From Sphyrna mokarran (Eukaryota), in contig JAGIQG010000028.1 of NCBI GenBank assembly GCA_024679065.1, positions 14,136,001 to 14,200,000 of the forward strand: DNA of 64,000 bases, read 5' to 3'. The first letter of the stretch is position 1; the number at the start of each line of letters is the position of its first letter. A program made the translations under genes and the position numbers. The notes below the pieces were generated by a model, which was not told the DNA's origin, made no database searches, and saw only the letters and a list, made by a program, of their open reading frames with translations. Below are positions 39,900 through 51,970 of this stretch, one piece after another.

Positions 39900-40530
39900 G
39901 GATGTCTTCTTTTTCAGCAGTCCCTTGAGATAAAGGATTATTTCCTTCCCACTTCTGTTTACTGGGCTCAGCGATGAGTGATACTGCCAATGCGTGATCT
40001 GGAGAGTATGTCACATGTAGAGCAGGTGATGCTTGGAGGGTTGGGTAGATGTACTTTTTGGAAGTTTGTGTTCACTTGCTGATGCTTGAACTTTGCCTCT
40101 ACATGTTCCCAATGAAGTTTCTTGGTGTGTTTGGTTGCTTCCCAATTGAACCTTCCTTATTTTGGTTGGTCACAAGCTGGGGGCTTTCATCAATCATTTG
40201 GGATGTTTTACTGCTTCAAGGACACCCCTAAAGCTTTTTTGCAATTCTTCTGGGTGTTTTCTGCAGTGACCAAGTTCCAAGCAGAGCAATTGCTTTGGGA
40301 GTCAAAAAGCATATCTTGCCCAGCAGAGCTGGTTTTGAATGATTAGCACCTCAATGCCGGGCATGTTGGCTTGGTCAGTTTACCAAGCAGCAGTAATCCC
40401 ACGCTCTTCTAAGCTCCAGAAACTTGGAGAACTTACATTAGACACTTCAAAGCAGTGGAGAAGGACCACCGGAGCTGCCTCTGCAAGATCCAGTGGCAAG
40501 AAAGGCTGTCCACCAGCAGCAAATAAATGT
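39900..40530 (-). mobile_element. RTE-like LINE 3' fragments
   Basis: GCP*SSKT / GQRKRF-like decayed peptides and cttcagcagtcccttgagat end; mixed orientation. Confidence 0.5.
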
Positions 40531-40531
40531 A

Positions 40532-40800
40532 AATGAGGTAGAAATTACTTTAAATGGAATAGAATCACAAGTCCTATTTTCAGTCATGTAAACCTCAAAC
40601 ATGTATCTGCCCAAAACTGAGCGGGTGTAGACACCATCTGCTGGAAAATTAGACAGGTGCAAAAAAGTGATCACTTCTCCACCTGTCATACTGCACTTAC
40701 CCAAGTGGTCAGCGGGAAATCCAATCCTCAATCTAGGCTCACAGGTAAAGACAATTTTGGTGAGATGTATACCAGTGGAACTGGCAATACAGCAAGAAAG
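40532..40800 (-). pseudogene. Endogenous bornavirus-like L fragment: RdRp motif B region
   Basis: Open frame SSTGIHLTKIVFTCEPRL...NFPADGVYTRSVLGRYMFE (ORF 40447-40731) then a frameshifted GLH..K.(W)T; parallels bornavirus L RTGCTLPCFTTF...[26 protein letters not shown] (from memory). Confidence 0.58.
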
Positions 40801-40803
40801 AAA

Positions 40804-40921
40804 GATAAGTATGTGGAAGAGAAGGGAACGGTTTAGTTTGGAGGGTCATTGCTTTTTATATTGGTCGGCGCAACATCGAAGGCCGAAGGGCCTGTTCTGT
40901 GCTGTAATGTTCTATGTTCTA
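40804..40921 (+). mobile_element. Very short young CR1 3' tail
   Basis: Near-identical to 3016-3138 including the (TTCTATG)n tail. Confidence 0.88.
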
Positions 40922-41109
40922 AAGAACTTACATTTCTACAGCACATTTCAATTTCTCATGATATCATAAAACACTTCACAATCGATGCATACTTTTGAAA
41001 AAGTGAATGTTGTAATGTAGGCAAATATTTTCAAAAATCAACCTTTTTAGAAAGGGAGAAAAATGAGAAGAACAATGGCAAAGGGTTCAGATTAAACTGT
41101 TAATTGAGG

Positions 41110-42197
41110 TATGTATATAGCGCGCACTGCATCTTGAACTTTTGCTGACAGGATGAGTTTTGGGCATTTCTTTTTACACACCAGCTATTTCAAGAAACTA
41201 ATCTGCCCAAAAAGACACCTTCTGTATTTCTATGATCTCTACAGCAAGGACGAAATGGTTGGATTCAGGAATTTCTGGTTCAGGAAAAACAAAAAAATTG
41301 TGCTGCAAATAATCTTTGAAGATGCAATATTCAACAATATGTTCGTTATTTCAGCTTTCTTTACAGCAGTCTTCACTGAAGACAGTTGTTTTGTTAAACA
41401 TCGGTCACCTGGTATCTCACTCAAATTTTTATTTTCTCAACGATTTTCTACCAGAGAATGTTGATGGGAGTTGGAGGAAAGAAGATCATTGAAATGTTGG
41501 AGAAAATTATTCTACAGTTTTCGGCTTATCTGGGTGATTACAGTGACAAAATTAGTGAAATGTGTTCTGCTGCCTGGAGAATGCCCCAAGCTTGGCAAAT
41601 ACTTCAAATATTTGGAGTGATGGAAGAGAGGAATTCCCTTCGGAAACCTGAGGAAGGTTAGAAGGTAAAAGAAGTGGAGAAAATAGGAAGACAGGAAAGC
41701 AGCAGCTATTTTACATATGTGGAGCAAGACAACAAAAATAGTTAGAATATTGAGGAAGTTATGAAAAAGGAGATAAAAGTTGTTTAGTATACTAAGTAAA
41801 ACTAGGTACAAGAGCAATGAGATGTAAATCCTACTAGATTAGATGAGGCTTGAAGCACTGGAGTTCAGAGGGCTTCCTGCTGATAAGAGTCTGGTCGATA
41901 ATAAAAAGGTAGAAGTCTATGGAGATGTCAGGAGTGTCTGAGATCATAAAAGGTAATTCAAAACTACCTGCCAAAACAATGGTACAAGGCAGACTGGGGG
42001 TTAGCAATTAAACTAATAGGTTAGTAGTTAAGAGACTGTGGTAGGAAGGCAAAGAGCATCTGGATGACTCACTGGAAGTTTCTTCGAGAGGCTGATACAT
42101 AAACCTCGTTATACATGCTTCAAAATAAAGTGTTAATTGGGATTTGGAAGTGACCAGGTATACATACTCTTGTTAGGGAATGGTATGGGAAGGTGTC
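41110..42197 (-). pseudogene. Endogenous mononegaviral L N-terminal fragment
   Basis: IPGHFQIPIN (~42135-42163; HLxSPI-like), AWGILQAAEHISL (~41555-41593; YxIIxxLEP-like), FLEIAGVxK..THPV..VQDAVRAI (~41118-41195; GHP-like), collinear with downstream L pieces. Confidence 0.42.
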
Positions 42198-42227
42198 CTG
42201 GAAAGAAGGGAGTAGGTTAATTAAATA

Positions 42228-42420
42228 GGAAATAAAAACAGAAAATGCTGGAAAATCTCAGCAGATCTTTTAGCATCTATGGAGGGAGAATAGAGCCAAC
42301 ATTTTGAGTTTGGATGACTCTTGGCTCGAAACTCTATTCTGTCTCTTCAGACGCTATCAGATCTGCTGAGTTTCTCCGTTTTTGTTTCAGATTCCAGCAT
42401 TCGCAGTATTTTGCCTTTAA
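42228..42420. mobile_element. Small palindromic Penelope-derived element
   Basis: aaaacagaaaatgctggaaaatctcagcagatct...agatctgctgagtttctcc...agattccagc; related ends at 33415-33490 and 52010-52080. Confidence 0.65.
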
Positions 42421-44164
42421 CTATTTAGGAAAACCTTGTTATTATTGGCAGCACATTTACAAATCATTACATTGCTTTTGAAAAGTTACCTTGCATAGAG
42501 TAAATGTCGTATGAAAAGGTTGCTTCTATATTGTTTTTCCATAGGTGGCACTATGGTGCAGGATAAGGAGCCTAATTAGTTTTGCCCTATTACAGGCCAG
42601 GCATATTTTCATCCATTTTGGAGCTGATCTGCTCTTTCCCTTAGACTTTTAATTCAAGATGGATTTTAAAAAAAACACAAATTTGATCATTATTAATTAA
42701 TTGAAGCAATGCAGAAATTGAAAACATCATACGGTACATTTCTTTTGTGCAGTAGATGCAAGTATAATTGGGTTCTTGTAATGAATGGGTTAATGATTTT
42801 GCTACAGCTCACATAAAGAGGAAATCTACCGAGAGTTAAGAAACATTATACATTTTTTAATGTTATGCTCCTTGTAGTGAGTAGATTTACCCCTATTTAT
42901 TCTGTTTATTGACAGTGTAATACACCAAAAGCAATTTTTTTGACAATTTATTTTAAATTTAATTCCTTTTTAACTGTTCTTAGGCTTCCTCAATGGCTCG
43001 GCTAGTTAATTAAGTAAATAGCTTGTCTCAACCACAATTTCTCTCAATTCCTCTTGAATAGAGATAACACGATCACCTCATTCTTATCATTCACTGTCCC
43101 TGATGGAGAATGTGTGCATAGATGTCATGTTTTGGGCTTACCCCTGATACCTTCATTGTTATTTCATTTATATTTACAAAAATATACTTTCTTCATAAGA
43201 AATCTGCAAAAGCATTATAAACATTCCAAAATGACCATTACGATAAAATACAATAATATTCAGGTTTGTTACATATATCAAATAACACTCTGAGATGCTG
43301 CAATACAGTCAAAGAAACATTACAGACATTTTATTATGACCCCTTACAAGTATTGTGAAGGGTATCCTGGCTAACACAAGAAAATGACTACTTGAGTGAT
43401 AGGTACTATCCATCTGTGAAAGAAAACCTATAATAGCTAGCACCTTCAGATAAGGAAGTGGTAAAATATTTTAAAATTATCTGCAATGAATAGTGATTTC
43501 ATATAACACCAAGAACTAAAAAGATCACATCATTTTTCACATATATAACATATGCAATCAAGACAGAAATATCCTTTTAGTTTTTGATCAAACTTTCACC
43601 TCTCAAAATGCAGATTCAAGCAGATGTAACAGTATCTGTTTAAATGACTCTAATGAATTTTGCTAAAGGGCTGGTAGAGTTCAAACACTGGCCATGTTAT
43701 CTCACCTTGATTTTAATGTTAGTTTTTCTATGAACTCCCCAACTCTTATCATTATCTTGGCCAACAAGTTTTTTTTGCTGATCAATATCTTATCAATGAC
43801 AGAAATACTTCACAAGTCAGGGTTCTACATGTCCTTTTGTTTGATATTAGTATAATTCTTTATTAATGATATTGCTACTAACAAACTAAACAACAATACA
43901 AAGATAATGCTGATCATTTGAATTTAAAAAACACAGATAGATGTTGGTCCCTGTAGGAGACTTTTTAGTAATGGGCAGTAATATTATGCCTTTTAACACA
44001 GTCTGCATTTAGTATTTACGCAAGAGTGATCATTGAGTACATTATAGTAGAGACTTGATTGGTAGGCCTCTGTAACATGGAGTACAATCATACACAAGTA
44101 GACATCCCGTGGTGTTGCTTATCTGTAGGTTGGTATACACTGGTATGAGATTCTTCACTTATAT

Positions 44165-46085
44165 GAATTGAATGATTTATTATTCACATATATTGATATA
44201 CAGTGGAAAAAGTACTGCTTTTACGCTCTATACAAAGCATACCATTTATGGAGTGCATGGGGAGGAGAGGATGCAGAATGTAGTATTATAGTCAAAGCTA
44301 GGATACAAAAAAAAATCAACACTTAATATCAGGTAGGTCCATTCAAAAGTCTGAAGGAGAGAAGAAGCTGTTCTTGACTTGGTTGGTGCACGACCTCAGA
44401 CCTCTGTATCTTTTTCCGGACAGAAGAAGGTGGAAGAGAATACATCCAGGGTGCATGGGATCCTTGATTATGCTGGCTGTTTTTTTCTGAGGGAATGGGA
44501 AGTGTAGATCGAATCAATGGATGGGAAGCTGGTTTGCATGATGGAGTGGGCTACATTCACAACCCTTTGTAGTTTCTTGTGGTCTTGGTTAGGAGCTATA
44601 CCAAGCTGTGATGTATCTGTAGAAACTAGTGAGTTGTAGCTGACGTGTTAAATTTCCTTAGCCTCCTGAGAAAGTGGAAGCATTGATTGGCTATAACGTT
44701 GATATGGTGAGACCAGGATAGGTGGTCTGGACACCTAGAAACTTAAAGTTCTCAACCATTTGCACTTCATTCCCATTGATGTACACAGGAGCATGTCCTC
44801 CACTATGCTTTGTGAAGTCAGTGATTATCTCCTTCATTTTATTGACGTTGAGGAAGAGATTATTATTGTCGCACCATTTCATCATATTCTCTATCTCTTT
44901 CCTGTATGGAAAATGATTGGCCTGGATGGGCTACCCAGAGGAGCACTCAAATTCTGTGTGGACCAGATGCTGGGATATTTGCAGACATCTTTAACCTCTC
45001 CTTACACTGATCTAAGATCCCTACCTGCTTTAAGAAGATGACTTCAATTCGTGGTTTGGGTCATTTTCTGTGCAGAGTCTGAATGTTCTCCCATGCCTAC
45101 CAAAGTTTCCTCCAGGTGCTCCCATTTCTTTCCACAGTCTGAAAGTCGTGCTGGTTAAGTGCATTTTTCCTTAGTGTACCCAAATAGATGCCGGAGTTTA
45201 GCGATTAGGTTTCACAGTAACTTCATTGCAGGTTAATGTAAACCTACTTGTGACACTAATAATAAATTAATTTTTCTTCATCTTGTCTCTGTTTGAGGTC
45301 CTACCCACTATGGTGTTTTCATCAGCAAACTTGAAAATGAAACGGGAGAGGAATTTGGCCACACATTCATAGGTGTATAAGGAATATAGTAAGGGACTGA
45401 GGTCAGAGCCTTGCAGGATTCAATATGGCAGACAATCATGAAGGATTTGTTGCCTATTCTTACTGATTGTGATCTGTGGGTTAGGAAGTCTAGGACCCAG
45501 TCGCAGAGGGAAAAATCAAGTCCTAGGCCACAGAGTTGGAGATGGATTTTGTAGGAATAATGATGTTATAGTCAATAAATAAGTGTCCTTGTTATCCAGA
45601 TGTTTCAAGGTTGAGTGTAGAGTCTTGGAGATGGCACCTGCTGTGGCAATAGGCAAACGGTAGTGGATCCAGGCAATCTGTGAGGCTGGAGTTGGTCTGT
45701 GTCTCAATTAACCTTTTGAAGCACTTGATTACAATGGATGTCAGAGCCACCGGGTGACAGTCATTAAGGCACGCTCCTGCCTTTTTTTGCAGAGAGATGA
45801 TGTTCGTCTTGATAAAGCAGGTAGGGACCTCAGATTCATGTAAGGAAAGGTTAAAGTTGTCTGCGAATATCATGCCAGTTGGTCTGTTCAGAATCTGAGT
45901 ATCCCACCCAGGCTGGTCACTATCTGTGGGTTAACTTTCAAGAAGGCTAATCTGACGTATGCAATGACAATCTTGAACAATAGTTCAGTCAAGGTTTCTG
46001 GAATGGAAGATGCATTCCTGCAGACCTCTTGCTCAAAATGGGCATAGAATGTGTTGAGCTCATCGGGGACTAGTGATACCAAATG
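44165..46085 (-). mobile_element. Rex1/Babar-like LINE (rearranged, with SINE insertion at ~45050-45265)
   Basis: ORFs 45592-45873 (CLNDCHPVALTSIVIKCFKRL...LDPLPFAY), 44691-44885 (WCDNNNLFLNVNKMKEIITDF), 45888-46082 (PDELNTFYAHFE). Confidence 0.88.
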
Positions 46086-46139
46086 CCTTCAGCTTATTTT
46101 GAGATAATATTCTCATTTCTGAGTTAGAAGATGCAGGGT

Positions 46140-46880
46140 TCAACACTGCTGCAAATAGTCTGGATAAACAAAAACCAGAATTCTATCTCTGAATTCCAAC
46201 CTGACACTAGCAGATGTTTGGTCTGCCTTAAATCCTACTGTTATAGAGAGCGAACTATCCATTCACTGGTGTAATGATGGTTACAGTCATGGAAGAAGCA
46301 GTCACATCATGCCAATAAGACTGTTAATCAGTTTGGGAGTCCTTCCACTATCTTACATTGTTCTTCATTGGAAAAGGGAAAAGCTATGAAACCAGCAGAT
46401 ACAAATAACCATTAGTGGTTGTATCAAGCTTTATGAAGACAGAATTAATCGCTTCTGGGGCCCAGCTAAAAGCAGAAAATTGTTAGCTTCATACATGCAG
46501 CCATATCACATATTGTATAATCTGCCAAAATGTTTCTGCAAGTATAAAGGAGTCTGCTTCCAGCCTATGTGGTGGCATCAGCAGTCTACTGTTTATCTTG
46601 GAGAGAATGGCCTCATAACAATAATCAATGCTTACCGCCTTTGCACCTTTGGTGGAAGTGGTGAACTTTGGTAAATGCAAAAAAAATGCTACAATACAAG
46701 CCTTGGATTCTCAACTTGGAAATACAAGTATCAACTCTGGGAAGAATAGTGAATCACATGAAGAGAGGAATTCAAGAAATCTTTTCCAGTGTACCCTCTT
46801 GCAGATCAGTGGAACTAATAATTCTCAGCCCCAGGGAAATGCAGGATGTAATCACATCAGCTCTCTCACCACCATCCTAA
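46140..46880 (+). pseudogene. Endogenous mononegaviral L methyltransferase/C-terminal fragment
   Basis: About 160 codons in one frame with a single internal stop: NSNLTLADVWSAL...LSIHWCND...SGCIKLYED...AYRLCTFGGSGELW, matching the DLTxxxTW / CD / K / SxE order of the K-D-K-E cap methyltransferase. Confidence 0.48.
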
Positions 46881-47471
46881 TGATGAAAGAGAGGAAACTC
46901 TGGAGGAGCAAAGGGGTTTGGTGTCCACATACACAAATCACTAGAAGCTACTGCACAGATACAAAAAGTAATCAAAAATGCTGACTAATATTGATCTTTA
47001 TCTTAAGGCAAATGGAATACAAAGGAGTGGAAGCTATGTTTCAGTTGTACACAGCCTTGGTCAGACCCCTTCTGGAGTCTGTATTTAGTATTGGGTATTA
47101 GGAGAGATGTACTGGCCTTGGAAGGGCTACGATGCAGATGAAGAACTAAATCAAAGCTTAAATGATTAAATTATGAGGACAGAATACATACACTTGGTTT
47201 GTATTCCCCTGTATTGAAAAGGTTAAGAAATTATTGAAATGAGGTTTTCAAAATGATTTTTAAAAAATTATGCTCATTCATGGGATGGGAGTGTTACTGG
47301 CAAGGTCAGGATTTACTGCCCATCTTTAATTGCGCTTGAAGTGGTGGTGGTGAGCCACTTTCTTGAACCATTACAGACTATGTGGCATAAATATACCAAC
47401 AGTTCAGTTAGAGACAGCGCTTCCAGGATCTTGACCTAATGACAGTGAAGGAATGTCAATATATTTCCAAG

Positions 47472-47791
47472 ATGTAGAGATGCCATCGTTGGACTGGGGT
47501 AAACACAGTAAGAAGTCTCACAATGCCGGGTTAAAGTCCAACCAGTTTATTTGATAGTAATCCCACAAGCTTTCGGAAACACTATTCCTTCGTTAGGTGT
47601 GTGGAAGGTTCTGATCAGAAGAGGGCATATAAAATCACATATAGTATTCTGTAAACTGTGTGTGACTTTATATGCTCTTCTTTGATTAAAACCTTCCACA
47701 CACCTGACGAAGGAACAGCGTTTCCGAAAGCTTGTGGGATTACTATCAAATAAACTGGTTGAACTTTAACCTGGTGTTGTGACACTTCTTA
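47472..47791. mobile_element. Penelope-like non-autonomous foldback element with 15-bp TSD and minimal hammerhead ribozyme motif
   Basis: TSD caatatatttccaag at 47457-47471 and 47792-47806; ~140-bp inverted arms; CTGACGA...GAAAGCTT at 47704-47733. Confidence 0.8.
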
Positions 47792-49744
47792 CAATATATT
47801 TCCAAGCCAGAATGGAGCATTTCTTGAAGGAGAAATTGCAAGTGGTGGTATTCCTAGATGTCTGTGCATTATCTTTCTAGGTGGTAGAGCTTGTAAATTT
47901 GGAAGTTAATTTCAGAGAGGCTAATGCACAAATCTAGTGGAAGGACCACAATCTTAAAACTAGTGCTAGGTTATTTAGGAGTGAAATCAGGAAGTACATT
48001 TTCATATAAAACATAAGGAAAAATATCCAAAAGATTGTAGCTGCTGAGTCAAGGTGTTCACGACTGAGACTGACAGCTTTTCAGTAGATAAGAGTATCAA
48101 GGCATATGGATCAAAGGTAAATAAATTAAGTGAAAGCACAGATCTAACTGAATGGCAGAACAGTCCTGAGGGGCTACAACATCTAATCGTATTCTTACGT
48201 TTCAACCAATACAAGTTCCAGAAAGCCAGTTGGGCTAGTTTACCTCAGCAGAAACTGACAGAGCAAAACTGGCAAAATCCAACTTTAATCACCAGTTTTC
48301 CGTGGTTCCAGTTTGCAACCATTTGGAAAAAATGTATACATAAATGCTGCTTATCAAGATTTCAGAGTAGTTTTAGAACTGTTCACACTGGCCATCTGTT
48401 ACATAATTCAATTATAAATTCCAGCTGCCTAGGATTGCATTATATTAACTAGGGTGATCACAGTGCAAGCCTATCCAAGGGGAAGGAGGGTACACAGAGA
48501 AATTATCAGTGCAGGTAGAGAATAAAAATTAGGGCAAATGTTTGATGAAAACACAGAATGAAAGTTCAATATCACATTATATGATTTTTGCATGATATAT
48601 ATAATTCACAGCATCACACTGCAGCTTTTCTGACATACTTGCATTGTTTTTTATTCTCTCTTCACATTTTCCCTCTCTCTCAACTCTTTAAAATCAATGA
48701 CTCTGGTGCAGATGTCCTTAGGGACCTCACTTGTAATCATTTGTCATGTGAGTTTAGGCAGTTGGTTGGTATCAGTAGGTAATTCAACATCTGAACCCAA
48801 TCCCCATTCAACATCTGCACAACTCCAGCACAAATTGCTAAATAACTTTCTGAAATGGAAATCTGTTTCATTTTCCCCCTTCCCTATGGAATGCCTTTCG
48901 CCAATTTCCTTAATTGGCCCCTCAGGTGTTATCTAGGCCATGAGGCACCTACATGAAAGGCACGATAAAAGAATTATGCTCTCTGACCCAAGATGTTGAG
49001 TATAGCTATAACATGCCCACTGCTGCACTGAGATCAACATATATTTACATATTTCCATTATGCTTCCCAAAAGAGCATGGGGTTCTCACAGATAGAGCGA
49101 TGCCAATTATAATATGCAAAGTGAGGGGAGGGTGCTGGGAAAACCTGATTTCCTGTATGGCCAGTCCAGCCCCACTGTTAGCATGGAAAAATCACCCAAG
49201 ATGCTTCACAATTATTTAAGATAATGTGTACACCAAATCAAAGGAAATAGGAGTGGTGCACATCAAAATGAGTTTTAAGAAGGAACTTAAAAGAACAGAA
49301 ATGTTTCAGAGTGACGCTGGAGCAAAGCAACTTCTTATGAACTGTCTCCAGCATACCCTCTAATTCTATCTTTACTCTCATTCTATGCTCTTAAAACTGA
49401 ATTTTCTCTTAAATGATTATATTCTGTACCCTCTACTTTCCTTCTCACAAATGTAGTCTATGAATGCTTTGTCTGTATTGTGTGGAAGAAACAATAATAA
49501 ATCAAATCAAAATGCAGCAATGGTGCAGCAAAGAATGGGAGTGATGCTGAATCGAGTTTGAAGAGTTAGGAGATTTTTGGGAATTACAAAAATAGAGAAG
49601 CATGTACTCGGGTTAAATTTGGAACCTTCCTGGCTTGTCTGTCTCAATTATTCACTGCCTTTATCATATACACTATAATTCTGTACTGCTTGAATTTAAT
49701 TCCTCTTTTTGCAAATCCTAATGCACTTCCCATTTATCCACTTT

Positions 49745-50530
49745 GGAAGGAATTCTATAAAATGGACTATTATTTAAATGGTGACAAATTACAACATCAT
49801 ACTGTGCAGAGGGTCCTGGGGGTCCTTTTGCATGAATTGTAAAAACTCAGTTTTCAGGTGCAACAGGTGATCAAGAAGACAATGGAATGTTGGCCTTTAT
49901 CGTGAGAGAGATGGAGTATAAAACCAGGGAGATCTTGCTGCAATTGTACAAGGTACTGGTGAAGCTGCAACTAGAGTACTGTGTGCAATTTTGGTCCCCT
50001 TATTTGCTAAAGGATACATTGGCTTTGGAGGAATGCAAAAAAGGTTCACCAGGTTGATACCAGAAATGAGGCGGTTTAGCTTGTGAGGAGAAATTGAGTA
50101 GACTAGGCCTGTATTGATTGGAATTTAGAAGGCTGAGGAGAGATCTTATAGAGACATATAAGATAATGAAGAGGCTAGACAGGGTAGAAGCAGAGAGATT
50201 ATTTCCACTTAGAAGGGAAAGAAGAACTAGAGGGCACAGTCTCAAAATAAGGCGGAGTCAATTTAGAATAGAGTTGAGGAAGAACTTCTTCTCCCAGAGG
50301 CTACTGAATCTTTGGAATTCTCTACCCATTGAAGCAGTGGAGGCTACCTCGTTAAATGTGTTTAAGTCACAGGTAGATAGATTTTTGACCAATAAGGGAA
50401 TTAAGGGTTATGGAGAGCAAGCGGGTAAGTGGAACTGAACCACTATCAGATCAGCCATGATCTTATTGAATGGCTGGGCAGGCTTGAGGGGCTAGATGGC
50501 CTATTCCTGCTCCTATTTCTTATGTTCTTA
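49745..50530 (+). mobile_element. CR1 LINE 3' end
   Basis: ORF 50118-50438 EFRRLRRDLIETYK...RTRGHSLK...FFSQR..NLWNSLP; ttcttatg tail. Confidence 0.92.
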
Positions 50531-51169
50531 TTTTGCTCTCTCTTCCTTCACACGAGTAATTGCTGCCTGTTGTATACTACCCTCAGAGATGACTCAGATG
50601 GAAAACATTATATAGTGTTGATTGTGGGTGAAATTCACATCCTAACATTCGACGGTATAGAAGGAACAAGCTCTTATTTACAGAATAATGTAATTTCAAA
50701 ACTTGCTTTTGAAGTGATAATTTATTTATTATGCAGAATTCACTATTTTTAATTATTATATCATTGAGCTGTGAAATTATCATTCCCAGCCAGATAATGC
50801 TTTCCCTTTTGTTTGTTTAGCAAATGCCTTGCATGTTTAAGTTCATATCCTAAAGCAAATATTACTGGAATGCTACTTCATATTTGTAAATTTTGATATT
50901 TAGCAAATTATTTTAGTTTAACACACTCCTACAATGTAAATCTTGTAATTAAAAAAACCGGAAATGCACAACAATTTATTCAGCTTCTGTAAAGATTAAA
51001 AAGTTGGTATGTACATTTCCAATGTTTCCTGCAATTTTCAGTATTTGCAATGTTTCATTTTCAACACATGAAAGCTCACAATATCTCTTGTTTTTAAGGG
51101 AAAAATGAACAAGCGTTCTTCTTCTTCCTTAAAGTCAAAACACTTTTTCATGAAAGTAAACCCATTTCA

Positions 51170-51970
51170 AAGCTACCCGTTTTTAACGGTTTGATTTAGA
51201 AACTAGCCTAATTTAAAAGGCTTGAGAAAAAAAAGTTACTTTAAATATGTCGTACGTTTTTTTTAACTCACGCACACATATATCCTAGACAGAATTAAAG
51301 TTTAGGGTTGGGTTGCCTGTGGTATCTGGTGTAATCATTGGTAGACATGTTTTGACTACCAAGCTATCTGTCATGCAAAAAAAAACATCAAATAAGTCTT
51401 GCTGCACCCACGCCAGCTACTTTTGCAGAATAAATAAAAAGTAAACTCGTTTGGTTTGTCGAACTAACTTGCACGAGTCAGAAAATGCAAATTGGCGAGT
51501 TAATGAGTGGGTGGAAGTCGCGAAAGTTCAGCCCTGCAAAAGTACAAACGTCTGCTGTTTCATTTGGTTCAACAGTTGAGAGGCGTGTCACTGTTTAAGA
51601 GTGGCCTTGAGGCTACAGGAAATATTTGGTTTCTCTTCCACGCCGACTCGATGACTAGGGTGAATATTTAAGTGGACGAAGTCACCTCCGCGCCTCATCA
51701 AACTATCATAAGACATTTTAGAAACTAAATAAGTTATAAATTAAATGCAAAATGACGTTGGATGGATATTATTTCTGTATTCTTAACAGGCCATAATTAG
51801 AGATCGATTTATTCGGCAACATTCTCTGAAGTTTCTTGTTCTCAGTTTAAACGTCTTTCTATTTAGAGCCAGAATGCATTGTAAGGGAAATTGTTTTGTT
51901 TCCTGTTCCCTCCTACTTTATTTTCTATATACCGAATACCGAAACAAAATTAATAATATGGCCGCTGAAG
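51170..51970. promoter_or_regulatory. CpG-retaining, non-repetitive promoter-like segment
   Basis: Local CpG excess versus the rest of the window; ATTGG (CCAAT) boxes at ~51337 and ~51491, MYB-like TAACGG (~51184) and CAACAGTTG (~51570). Confidence 0.35.

Noticed and set aside
46360-46390. FIGKGKS as the methyltransferase GxGxG motif
   Set aside because: Different frame and wrong position relative to the D, K and E motifs.
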